This document shows positions 55,350 to 64,000 of a stretch of DNA of 64,000 bases, piece by piece. The translations under genes and the position numbers were made by a program. The notes beneath the pieces are model-generated. The model was not told the origin of the DNA, ran no database searches, and saw only the letters and a program-made list of their open reading frames with translations. Source of the DNA: a virus; the IMG/VR virus record IMGVR_UViG_3300032285_001888, positions 8,934-72,933 of that record; one strand, given 5' to 3'. Numbering within the stretch: the stretch's first letter is position 1; each line of letters starts with the position of its first letter.

Positions 55350-56951
55350 ATGGCAAAATCACTAGACGGCGTCTTAACCAAAAAAGCGCATACTAAAGAA
55401 AAGTTTACAGAGGAACAGGTACAGCACTTGTTAAAGTGTGCTGACCCCAAAGACGGCTATCTCCACTTTGCTAAAAACTTCTTCCATATTCAGCATCCTG
55501 TTAAAGGTAAAGTTAAGTTTGAGCCTTTTGAATATCAAGAAAGACTACTAGCCGCCTATCACGATTATCGTTTTAACATCAACATGCTACCACGTCAAAG
55601 TGGTAAGACAACTTGTGCATCTAGTTATTTGTTGTGGTATGCCATGTTCCATCCAGATCAAACTATTCTAGTTGCCGCACACAAGTACACAGGCTCACAA
55701 GAAATTATGCAACGTATCCGCTATGGATACGAGCTTTGCGATGACTACATACGTGCAGGTGTGGTTAACTATAATAAAGGGAGTATTGAATTTGAAAACG
55801 GATCTAGAATTGTTTCAGCTACTACTACTGGTAACACCGGTCGTGGTATGTCCATATCCTTACTATATTGCGATGAGTTTGCGTTCGTACAGCCTAATAT
55901 TGCTACAGAATTTTGGACATCAATTAGCCCGACACTAGCAACTGGTGGTCGAGCAATTATCACATCAACACCCAACAGTGATGAAGATGAATTTGCTATT
56001 ATTTGGAAGGAATCACAAGACTTTTTTGACGAGTTCGGCAATGCACGAACTGACGGTAAGGGTCGTAACGGATTTCACGGATTCCGTGCCGAGTGGCATG
56101 AACATCCAGATCGTGACGAAGAGTGGAAAAGAATTGAAACAGGACGCATTGGTGTAGAACGTTTCCGTCGTGAGTATGGATGCGAATTCTTAGTATATGA
56201 TGAAACACTAATTAGCAGTCTTAAACTTATCGACATGGTAGGCAGAGAACCAGCTTGGAAAATGGGGCAGGTACGGTGGTACAAGAAACCAGAGAAAGAT
56301 AAGGTATATTTAATTGCCTTAGATCCTAGCTTAGGAACAGGCGGCGACTACGGTGCTATCGAAGTATTTGAAATGCCCGCTATGATACAAGTAGCAGAGT
56401 GGCAACATAATATAACACCTATACAACAACAAGTTAAGATATTTAGAGATGTACTAAAATATCTCGCAGACGAAATAGGTGAAAATAGTTATAGTAGCAT
56501 CTATTGGAGTGTAGAAAATAACACTGTGGGAGAAAGTGCGCTAGTTGTTATCGACAATCTAGGAGAAGAAACTTTTCCCGGTGTGTTCCTAAGCGAACCT
56601 TCACGAAAGGGTCACGTAAAGAAATTTCGAAAAGGATTCAACACAACACACGGTACTAAAATTGCGGCGTGCGCCAAGGCCAAATTCCTAATTGAAGAGG
56701 AAAAAATGACCATAAACAGTAGACCCTTAATATCTGAATTTAAAACATATATTGCTGCCGGTACTACTTTTAAAGCTAAAGAAGGCCAGCATGATGACCT
56801 AGTATCTGCTGTATTATTAGTAGTACGTATGAGTGTAGTGCTAGCAGAATGGGATCCGCAAGTTCTAGAGCGTATTAGGGTAACTAGCGATTGGGCTCAA
56901 GATCCAGAATTTGAGCCACCTATGCCTATATTCGTATCTTCGGGTATGTGA
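55350..56951 (+). CDS. terL: Terminase large subunit (T4 gp17-like)
   Basis: Walker A PRQSGKTT, Walker B LLYCDEFAF, coupling motif ITSTPN, and nuclease motifs IALDPS and HDDLV. Confidence 0.96.
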   Translation: MAKSLDGVLTKKAHTKEKFTEEQVQHLLKCADPKDGYLHFAKNFFHIQHPVKGKVKFEPFEYQERLLAAYHDYRFNINMLPRQSGKTTCASSYLLWYAMFHPDQTILVAAHKYTGSQEIMQRIRYGYELCDDYIRAGVVNYNKGSIEFENGSRIVSATTTGNTGRGMSISLLYCDEFAFVQPNIATEFWTSISPTLATGGRAIITSTPNSDEDEFAIIWKESQDFFDEFGNARTDGKGRNGFHGFRAEWHEHPDRDEEWKRIETGRIGVERFRREYGCEFLVYDETLISSLKLIDMVGREPAWKMGQVRWYKKPEKDKVYLIALDPSLGTGGDYGAIEVFEMPAMIQVAEWQHNITPIQQQVKIFRDVLKYLADEIGENSYSSIYWSVENNTVGESALVVIDNLGEETFPGVFLSEPSRKGHVKKFRKGFNTTHGTKIAACAKAKFLIEEEKMTINSRPLISEFKTYIAAGTTFKAKEGQHDDLVSAVLLVVRMSVVLAEWDPQVLERIRVTSDWAQDPEFEPPMPIFVSSGM

Positions 56952-56961
56952 TAAATATAAC

Positions 56962-59400
56962 ATGAACAAGAATTTAAATAAAATTGCGCAAGATCTCTAT
57001 GGGAAGATCGAAACTCGGTTTCCTAACATCAAGATCGGTGACGAAAATGCTGGTGTTTTAAGCAAAAAGACCGATATTCCTAATGCACGTTTTTTCGAGT
57101 TTGAATATGAAGATGACGGTGAGAAGCTAGGAACTATTGCTATTACGCTAGATGAAGATGACGGCATTGTTATACAAGTCGGCGGAAAACTTGCTGATAG
57201 TAAGCACTACGGCGCATTTAGATTTATTCGCAGTTTTAGACAATTTGCTAAAAACCGCCTGCTAAAATTCCATGTGCAAAATATCGGTAAAGATCATCTA
57301 GACAAACGTGATTATAATTTTCAAGCGAAACCTAAGGAAGAACCAGTTATGCAACCGCAACAACAACCTGTGATGGAAAGTAAGATGTATGGTAATGCTC
57401 GTATGAGTTACCAGGACCTAGGCGAAGCACGTCTAGTAATTAAACATAGCCAACCAGTTAATCCAGAGATTGCCGCAGGACGCACAATGCACATCGACAG
57501 TATCTATGTTGAGAACTCACAAGGCGAGCGTTTTAAATATCCGTTCAAGCATCTTAGCGGTGCTCGCGCAATGGCCGAACATCTTAAGCACGGCGGTATT
57601 CCTTATGACAGCATCGGTAAACATATCACTAGTTTGAGTGAAGAACTAGCACAACTACGCAAGTTTAAAGGCTATGTTACACGCAACGATACTCTAGCAG
57701 AAGCTATGAATGATATTACACCGCGTGTACTAGAGCGTATTGAAGCAGTTAAAAAAGAAGTAGAGATGCTACAGCGTCCGGCATACTATGAAACATTTGC
57801 TGAATCATTTGAAGATCAAGAAGACCAAATGATACCAGAAGATATCATGAGTGATTGGATTGATCGTTTGACAATCCGTACATTCAACGAAGAATTAAAA
57901 ACAGCATTTCCTTACATCTTCCGTTTAGTTGATGAAACATCTATCCCAACTAAAGATGTGAACCCGGATGATTTATTAGATGAAGCTGGTGCTGGTTCAA
58001 AACAAGCCGCTATTGCTATTTCTAAAAAAGAATCAGGCAAATATGACAAAGATGGCAAGCGTTTGAAAGAATCACCAGAAGACCAGTTTGAGTCATTCCT
58101 AGATAGCATAATGACTGAAGCAGAAAATGAAGGGCACAACGATTTGTTTAGTCCAGATGTTGACACAAGAACACAAGCTCTTGATCAACTTAAAGGCATG
58201 ATGACTGGTGGTAAAAAACTACTAGCCGGACAAGGTGGTATGAATGCATTGTCTAGTATAAAAGGCATCATAGACAGCGATTATCTAAACAATGAACTTT
58301 CAGCTCTAAGCGGTGACGACGATGCAGGGTCAGTTATTAAGACATACCTCGATAAAATAGGTGACGGCCAAATTAGAGAACCTAAAGCACCTAAAGCTAA
58401 ATCTATCGCACAAGAAATTATCGCTAGTCAAGTGTTAAACAGCACCGAAGGTGATGAACCTCCAATCGGTGGCGATGAAGTATCGGGAATGCCGCCAGAA
58501 GCAGGAGTAGTTCCTCCGGCAGCACCTATGCCTCCTCCAGAGCCGCTTCCTGGTGCAGAAGCAGGAGCTCCTCCGGTTGATATGACAATGCCTCCACCAG
58601 AAGCAGGTGTAGTTCCTCCGCCAGCGCCTCCCGCACCGCCAGTTGCTGAAAGTAGCGGTATGTCTAGAATCAAAGCAAAGATTATTAAAGCAATGGAGTG
58701 TGGTGCTAAACCAGACGATGTATTAGATTTTGGTCACAGAACAATGACATTTGCAGAAGCTTGTAATGCCTGCGGAATTGTTCCACAAGAACAAAATCAC
58801 ATAGAGCCTCTAAAAGAAATTATCAAATCAATCGCCGGATTCTTCAATCCGCAAAAACGCAATTTCACAATCGGCGGCACACGTTGCAAAATTAAAGTTC
58901 TAAAAGATTTTAAAAATGGTGCATTTAAAGGTGCAACTCCGCATCACGTCAAGAAAGTTATTACCATGATTGATCAGTTAGATCCTAGTGAAGAGAATGG
59001 TAACGAACTAGGTCATATCCGTCATTTATCAGGGATGAAATCTCAACCAGGTAATCCACAAGATATAAAGTTATCAGTCGCTGAAGAAGACACTTTACAG
59101 GGATTCGATGTTAATAGTTTTATACAACAACTAACAGCTCTTAGTAAAAATCCAAATCAGATTCCAGCGGCAATGGATGCTCTTGGACAAAAAGCACCGG
59201 ACCTAATTAAAAATGGTCTCGGCCAAGTACTACAAAAAGTAGCACAAGATGCTCCGGACCAAGACATGGATCTGCCTGGAATGAAGATGAACCCACAGCA
59301 GATGATGAAAGGTATGATGGACAAGATAAATCAACAAGAAAGTGTCGGTTTCCAAAGTGAAGAACTAAGCAGAATAGTCAGTTTGGTACATCATAGATAA
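56962..59400 (+). CDS. Large acidic hypothetical protein with Pro-rich repeat (possible head/core protein)
   Basis: The ORF track starts at 56911, overlapping terL. The more likely start is ATG 56962, 4 nt after TAAATA. Modular low-complexity C-terminal half. Confidence 0.7.
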   Translation: MNKNLNKIAQDLYGKIETRFPNIKIGDENAGVLSKKTDIPNARFFEFEYEDDGEKLGTIAITLDEDDGIVIQVGGKLADSKHYGAFRFIRSFRQFAKNRLLKFHVQNIGKDHLDKRDYNFQAKPKEEPVMQPQQQPVMESKMYGNARMSYQDLGEARLVIKHSQPVNPEIAAGRTMHIDSIYVENSQGERFKYPFKHLSGARAMAEHLKHGGIPYDSIGKHITSLSEELAQLRKFKGYVTRNDTLAEAMNDITPRVLERIEAVKKEVEMLQRPAYYETFAESFEDQEDQMIPEDIMSDWIDRLTIRTFNEELKTAFPYIFRLVDETSIPTKDVNPDDLLDEAGAGSKQAAIAISKKESGKYDKDGKRLKESPEDQFESFLDSIMTEAENEGHNDLFSPDVDTRTQALDQLKGMMTGGKKLLAGQGGMNALSSIKGIIDSDYLNNELSALSGDDDAGSVIKTYLDKIGDGQIREPKAPKAKSIAQEIIASQVLNSTEGDEPPIGGDEVSGMPPEAGVVPPAAPMPPPEPLPGAEAGAPPVDMTMPPPEAGVVPPPAPPAPPVAESSGMSRIKAKIIKAMECGAKPDDVLDFGHRTMTFAEACNACGIVPQEQNHIEPLKEIIKSIAGFFNPQKRNFTIGGTRCKIKVLKDFKNGAFKGATPHHVKKVITMIDQLDPSEENGNELGHIRHLSGMKSQPGNPQDIKLSVAEEDTLQGFDVNSFIQQLTALSKNPNQIPAAMDALGQKAPDLIKNGLGQVLQKVAQDAPDQDMDLPGMKMNPQQMMKGMMDKINQQESVGFQSEELSRIVSLVHHR
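58495..58627 (+). repeat. Imperfect direct repeat encoding PEAGVVPP
   Basis: CCAGAAGCAGGAGTAGTTCCTCCG (58495) and CCAGAAGCAGGTGTAGTTCCTCCG (58596), with a partial third copy GAAGCAGGAGCTCCTCCG between them. Confidence 0.8.
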
Positions 59401-59436
59401 TTGAGTAAACTGCTAAGATTTAGAGCACAATTCCTC

Positions 59437-59465
59437 TTGTAGAACTAAATAAAAGTGCGTATACT
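59437..59465 (+). promoter_or_regulatory. Sigma70-like promoter with nested TAAATA, upstream of the ssb gene
   Basis: TTGTAG-N17-TATACT; the spacer contains TAAATA. Confidence 0.6.
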
Positions 59466-59548
59466 ATGTGTATGCACTTTTTGTTTTACAGGTGTAAAAC
59501 AAATATAGGCACAAAAAGCAATCAAAGGCTATTAATAGGAGAACAATT

Positions 59549-60529
59549 ATGGCAACTTTAGCTGAAATACGAGCAAAACTTAAGGCATCAGAATCAAAAG
59601 GTTCTGGAGAACGTACAGGCGGAGATAATTCAATTTATCCGTTTTGGAATCTCAAAGAAGGCGGCGAATCTACTCTACGATTCCTACCAGACGGCAATTC
59701 AGATAACACATTTTTCTGGGTTGAACGTGCAATGATCAAACTTCCCTTTGCAGGCATCAAAGGCGAATCAGAAAGCAAAAACATCACAGTACAAGTACCC
59801 TGCATGGAAATGTATGGCGATACTTGCCCAATTTTATCAGAAGTGCGTCCTTGGTTCAAGGATCCAGCACTAGAAGATATGGGTCGTAAGTACTGGAAAA
59901 AACGCAGTTATATTTTCCAAGGTTTCGTTGTTGAAGACGGTCTTGCAGAAAAAGAAACACCAGAAAATCCAATCCGTCGTTTCATCATCGGACCTCAGAT
60001 TTTCCAATCAATCCGTGCCGCACTAGTGGACCCAGAGTTGGAAGATTTGCCAACTGACTTTGTACATGGCCTAGACTATCGTATGAAGAAAACATCAAAA
60101 GGTGGATATGCTGACTACTCAACTTCAAGTTGGGCACGTCGTGAGCGTCCATTGAATGATGAAGAAAATGCCGCAGTTAAACAACATGGCTTGTATAACT
60201 TGAGCGACTTCCTACCTAAGAAGCCAGGTGAAGTTGAATTAAAAGTTATGAAAGAAATGTTTGAGGCATCAGTTGACGGTGAGCCATATGACTTGGAACG
60301 CTGGGGTCAATACTTCAAGCCAGCAGGTGTAGGCCAGAACACTGGCGATCCTGTAAAAGCAACTCCTAAGACAAGTGCTCCGGTCGATAATGATATCGAT
60401 CCAGATGACATTCCTGCTCCAGTAGCAAAAGCTACACCTACTCCAGCACCAAAAGCTGAAGCGGCAGCAGGTGGCGATAGTCGTGCCCAAGACATCTTGG
60501 CAATGATTCGTAATCGTCAAAAAGCGTAA
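59549..60529 (+). CDS. Single-stranded DNA-binding protein (T4 gp32-like)
   Basis: LRFLPD...CMEMYGDTCPI...YWKKRSY...IGPQIF...GGYADYSTS and an acidic C-terminal region; precedes uvsX. Confidence 0.9.
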   Translation: MATLAEIRAKLKASESKGSGERTGGDNSIYPFWNLKEGGESTLRFLPDGNSDNTFFWVERAMIKLPFAGIKGESESKNITVQVPCMEMYGDTCPILSEVRPWFKDPALEDMGRKYWKKRSYIFQGFVVEDGLAEKETPENPIRRFIIGPQIFQSIRAALVDPELEDLPTDFVHGLDYRMKKTSKGGYADYSTSSWARRERPLNDEENAAVKQHGLYNLSDFLPKKPGEVELKVMKEMFEASVDGEPYDLERWGQYFKPAGVGQNTGDPVKATPKTSAPVDNDIDPDDIPAPVAKATPTPAPKAEAAAGGDSRAQDILAMIRNRQKA

Positions 60530-60587
60530 ACGGCTAGGGCCTCTGCAACCTAGTTGTACGCCCTGGTTATCTATTTAGGAGAATTAT

Positions 60588-61643
60588 ATGGCCACAAAGG
60601 CATTCGATTTATCGAAATTTAGAAAGACCTTGACCAAGTCAATTGACGGTCTAGGTGTAGGATTTAATGATCCTACAGATTGGATTAGTACAGGCAACTT
60701 TGCTTTGAACTATCTGATCAGTGGCGACTTTAATAAAGGTGTTCCACTTGGCAAAGTTACTGTATTTGCCGGCGAATCCGGAGCAGGTAAAAGTTTTATC
60801 TGTTCAGGTAATCTAGTACGCAATGCTCAGAAAGATGGCATTTATGTTATCTTGATCGACAGCGAAAACGCACTTGATGAAAAATGGCTACACGACCTAG
60901 GTGTTGATACTAGCGAAGACAAATTGCTAAAACTCAATATGGCCATGATCGATGATGTGGCTAAAACCATTCACGAATTTACTAAAGAGTACAAGGAAAT
61001 GACTGACCGTCCGAAGGTCCTCTTTGTCATAGACAGCCTTGGTATGCTCTTAACTCCAACTGATATTAACCAGTTTGAAGCAGGTGATTTGAAAGGTGAC
61101 ATGGGCCGTAAGCCTAAGGCATTGACAGCACTAGTTCGTAACTGTGTCAACATGTTCGGTAACCTAAACGTAGGTATGGTTTGTACAAATCACACATACG
61201 CAAGCCAAGATATGTTTGATCCTGATGACAAGATCAGTGGTGGACAAGGATTTGTCTACGCATCTAGTATTGTTGTTGCTATGAAAAAACTCAAACTTAA
61301 GACTGATGAAAACGGTGTTAAGACTAGTGAAGTACATGGTATCCGAGCCGCTTGCAAGATTATGAAGACACGCTATGCCAAGCCTTTTGAGTCACTACAG
61401 ATTGAAATTCCGTATGAAACAGGTATGAATCCCTATTCAGGCCTAGTTGATTTGTTTGAAAAACACGGACTACTAGTACAGTCAGGAAACAGACTCAAGC
61501 ATGTGGATCCAACCACCGGAGAAGAATTCTTATTCTACCGAAAAGAATGGAAAGATGATAAATTAGATATGATAATGAAGAATTTCAGTATCAAACCTTT
61601 AACAACAACCATTCCTGAGGAGACAGAAGAAAATGTTGAATGA
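60588..61643 (+). CDS. uvsX: RecA-like recombinase UvsX
   Basis: ISTG..ALN..ISG, Walker A GESGAGKS, DSENALD, VIDSLG, NHTY and SGG.G..YASS. Confidence 0.93.
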   Translation: MATKAFDLSKFRKTLTKSIDGLGVGFNDPTDWISTGNFALNYLISGDFNKGVPLGKVTVFAGESGAGKSFICSGNLVRNAQKDGIYVILIDSENALDEKWLHDLGVDTSEDKLLKLNMAMIDDVAKTIHEFTKEYKEMTDRPKVLFVIDSLGMLLTPTDINQFEAGDLKGDMGRKPKALTALVRNCVNMFGNLNVGMVCTNHTYASQDMFDPDDKISGGQGFVYASSIVVAMKKLKLKTDENGVKTSEVHGIRAACKIMKTRYAKPFESLQIEIPYETGMNPYSGLVDLFEKHGLLVQSGNRLKHVDPTTGEEFLFYRKEWKDDKLDMIMKNFSIKPLTTTIPEETEENVE

Positions 61644-61866
61644 ACAACAAATCGGTGATATCTGGGTACTATTTTCCGACTACATTGATAAAAAGCAAGT
61701 TGAAGTTGTAGCTGAACGCTATGTAGATTTACTAGCAGATTTTGGAACTACTGATAGAATCATGCAAGGTTCTATGGGCGTAGATCCAATTTTAGATCAA
61801 GCTATTGAGTACTATATGGACGAAGATAGTGACGATGCAGATGACGTTGACGAATTGGAGTTTTAA
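61633..61866 (+). CDS. Small acidic hypothetical protein
   Basis: 77 aa, translationally coupled between uvsX and uvsY. Confidence 0.7.
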   Translation: MLNEQQIGDIWVLFSDYIDKKQVEVVAERYVDLLADFGTTDRIMQGSMGVDPILDQAIEYYMDEDSDDADDVDELEF

Positions 61867-62321
61867 TGGGGTGGTATTCTGAGGTTGCAAAAGATATTTC
61901 AAATATTCCCGATGCGGCAGTTTATTTTGAAGCTGAACTACTAGAAGCCAAGAAAGAATGCCGTGTCACCGGGAATGTTGAAAAAGCCGCGGCAGGAATG
62001 CCCGGTGTAGTTGAACAACGATTTGCACAACTGCAAGAAATTGAAGCAATTTTAGAATATCTTAACATTGAACTTCGAAGACTTAAGAGTCAACATTTTC
62101 GTAAGTATCTTGAAAGTTACCAACGTGCTCTTAGTAGTCGAGATTGTGAAAAATTTGTAGAAGGCGAGGCAGATGTAGTTGACTTTGAAAAAATTATCAA
62201 CGAGTTCGCCTTACTTCGCAACAAATGGCTAGGCATTACTAAAGCATTAGATCAAAAACAATGGATGTTAACTAATATCGTGAAACTACGTGTTGCAGGT
62301 ATGGAAGACGCAACATTATAA
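61866..62321 (+). CDS. uvsY: Recombination mediator UvsY
   Basis: Helical protein ending K.L..K.W.L.N.VKL..AG; located between uvsX and uvsW. Confidence 0.75.
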   Translation: MGWYSEVAKDISNIPDAAVYFEAELLEAKKECRVTGNVEKAAAGMPGVVEQRFAQLQEIEAILEYLNIELRRLKSQHFRKYLESYQRALSSRDCEKFVEGEADVVDFEKIINEFALLRNKWLGITKALDQKQWMLTNIVKLRVAGMEDATL

Positions 62322-62345
62322 TCAATTCGTCCAAAAGTTCGACTG

Positions 62346-62378
62346 TAGGCCTTAAATAAAATTGAGGCCTATTTTTTT
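62346..62378 (+). terminator. Intrinsic terminator after uvsY
   Basis: TAGGCCTTA...TGAGGCCTA stem followed by T7. Confidence 0.75.
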
Positions 62379-62386
62379 CTAAAAGG

Positions 62387-62415
62387 TTGCATTACTAGGA
62401 TCATAAGTGTATACT
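62387..62415 (+). promoter_or_regulatory. Sigma70-like promoter
   Basis: TTGCAT-N17-TATACT, 7 nt before ATG 62423. Confidence 0.7.
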
Positions 62416-62422
62416 AACTAAC

Positions 62423-63625
62423 ATGACTACCATAGATAAACTATTAGTAAAGATTATTAATCAACCTGATGACTACGCTAAAAATCTATTTGCAAAAAGA
62501 GATTTTGACGTGCTCAACAACCTATACGGTTCTATCAATGCTAACTTCTTCATCACAGAGAATCAAAGCAGACTCTTGGTAAAAATACTTAAAGAAAATC
62601 AGAAAAAATTATCAGATTTTTCGGAAGAACTTATTCCAGCATTAGATGCACCTGAGTGGTCAAGAAGCTTCCGTCATATAGAACAGGTAAAAAAACTCTA
62701 TATAGAGAAAACACCAGAAGATGTAATGGCACTGGTCATAGAATTTACCTTTAGTTCACAACTACGCAAAATTTTACTTGATCTAACCAAGCATTGTGAA
62801 AACTTAATAATCGGTTCAACAGGCAAAAAATACTATGCCGATCTAACTGAACGTAATATTGTTAAAATTGTCGACAGTCTAATGCCTTTAGGTTTTGATA
62901 TTGAGCCGACAGTGAAAAATCACTATGATACCATAAAATCTTGGTCTTTGATAGGCATTTCTGACCAGTTCCTAATTCCTAATATGCCTGGAAACAACTT
63001 CCAAAAACAGATTACCGCCGACCTGGGAATTGAAACAGCCATCGATCAAAACATCATTGTTGACCGTAGTATGCGCTATCAATACAGCTTGGAAAATCCG
63101 AGAAAAATCGGTGAAAATCTGACAGAAATTATTGCCAATCGATCTAAGACAAAAATATGGCTTGGCAAAGAAGAGTACGAACTAGCATCAATTATTAAGT
63201 CATTAACGGAATTAAAAAGACTACCACTGCTAGTAGTCTTCGATACCTTTGTCAATAACAAATATTTAGAAAATCTGGAAATTTTGTCAGATGCTTTAGA
63301 AAAAAATGGAATTTTTGACGGTATCGGAGTTTACTTCAGATTACCAAATGACGAGATTGGCACAAAATTTAATCAGCTAATCAAGGAAAAATCTTACAAT
63401 GTAAACTTAGATTCAGCAACAAAGGTGGCGGTTGTAATGAGCGGAAAATTACCGAAATTTTTCCTGAAAAATCCATGGCAACCTATGAGTGTAATAGCAC
63501 TAGATACCAAAATGGGCCTACGTCACGGTAAAACTAGTGTATACTCTAATTGCTGTGATCTTATAATCGAGTGGGCAGAAAAAGAAGTTTTATTTGAAAA
63601 CAAGGTAGTCGGCAGATGGCAGTAA
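62423..63625 (+). CDS. Hypothetical protein upstream of uvsW
   Basis: 400-aa ORF with no motif I recognise; overlaps the uvsW start. Confidence 0.7.
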   Translation: MTTIDKLLVKIINQPDDYAKNLFAKRDFDVLNNLYGSINANFFITENQSRLLVKILKENQKKLSDFSEELIPALDAPEWSRSFRHIEQVKKLYIEKTPEDVMALVIEFTFSSQLRKILLDLTKHCENLIIGSTGKKYYADLTERNIVKIVDSLMPLGFDIEPTVKNHYDTIKSWSLIGISDQFLIPNMPGNNFQKQITADLGIETAIDQNIIVDRSMRYQYSLENPRKIGENLTEIIANRSKTKIWLGKEEYELASIIKSLTELKRLPLLVVFDTFVNNKYLENLEILSDALEKNGIFDGIGVYFRLPNDEIGTKFNQLIKEKSYNVNLDSATKVAVVMSGKLPKFFLKNPWQPMSVIALDTKMGLRHGKTSVYSNCCDLIIEWAEKEVLFENKVVGRWQ

Positions 63626-64000
63626 GATTAATAATTAAAGACGAAGTTAATATAAAAATTGAAAACTTACCGCTAGATGTTCGTAAGAAATTAGCCAATA
63701 CTTTTAAATATGAGATTCCGTATGCTCGCTATCATCCTGCTTTTAAACTCGGTCGCTGGGACGGCATGGTTAGTTTGTTTGGACTCGGCGGAAATGGCTA
63801 CCTAAGTCAACTAGAACAGATACTAGGAATATTAGCCAAGCAAGGGATTACAGTTGAAGATGTAGAAGATCTACGAACTACTCCACATTTTAAATTTGAA
63901 CCAGTGACAGAAAACTACTGGGCAGACCAAGGAAAGGTTTGGCCAAAAGGGCACCAACAAGAAGGCCAACCTATTATGTTGCGTGATTATCAAGTTGAAG
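63616..64000 (+). CDS. uvsW: UvsW-like SF2 DNA helicase (partial, runs off the right edge)
   Basis: MAVRLIIKDEVNIKI...FKYEIPYARYHPAFKLGRWDG...MLRDYQVE: the N-terminal WDG motif and Q-motif of UvsW. Confidence 0.85.
   Translation, partial: MAVRLIIKDEVNIKIENLPLDVRKKLANTFKYEIPYARYHPAFKLGRWDGMVSLFGLGGNGYLSQLEQILGILAKQGITVEDVEDLRTTPHFKFEPVTENYWADQGKVWPKGHQQEGQPIMLRDYQVE

Noticed and set aside
56911-56961. ORF-track start of the 829-aa protein
   Set aside because: It overlaps terL; ATG 56962 directly after TAAATA matches the pattern seen at other genes.
55350-61643. Inteins or introns in terL or uvsX
   Set aside because: Both have normal length and uninterrupted motif order.
1-64000. Stop-codon reassignment, as seen in some jumbo phages
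   Set aside because: Core genes are full length in the standard code, and TAA, TAG and TGA all end genes at expected positions.
1-64000. CRISPR arrays, tRNA or rRNA genes
   Set aside because: Intergenic gaps are at most about 150 bp and show no regularly spaced repeats or cloverleaf/T-loop signatures by eye.

Overview
This window is a segment of a large (jumbo-type) T4-related myovirus genome read in the standard genetic code. From 1 to 27.7 kb (+ strand) is a virion fibre/adhesin operon: two giant paralogous modular proteins (2842 and 4444 aa), small accessory virion proteins, three tandem C1q-domain fibre paralogues and a likely chaperone. From 27.7 to 45.2 kb (- strand) is one contiguous run that starts with neck/tail-completion genes (gp14, gp15-like), Nudix and GroES. 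It continues into 16 consecutive genes: four flavin-dependent tryptophan-halogenase-family proteins, nine 2OG-Fe(II) dioxygenases and three paralogues of an uncharacterised family. This run converges on the fibre operon at a shared palindromic terminator. From 45.2 to 64 kb are gp13, dNMP kinase, tail sheath and tube, gp4, small and large terminase, probable internal head proteins, gp32, UvsX, UvsY and the start of UvsW. The best candidate for a new system is the apparently late-expressed halogenase/hydroxylase cassette beside Trp/His-rich C1q fibres and charge-free giant fibres, suggesting phage-encoded post-translational tailoring of the virion. All assignments are motif-based by eye; no database searches were run.
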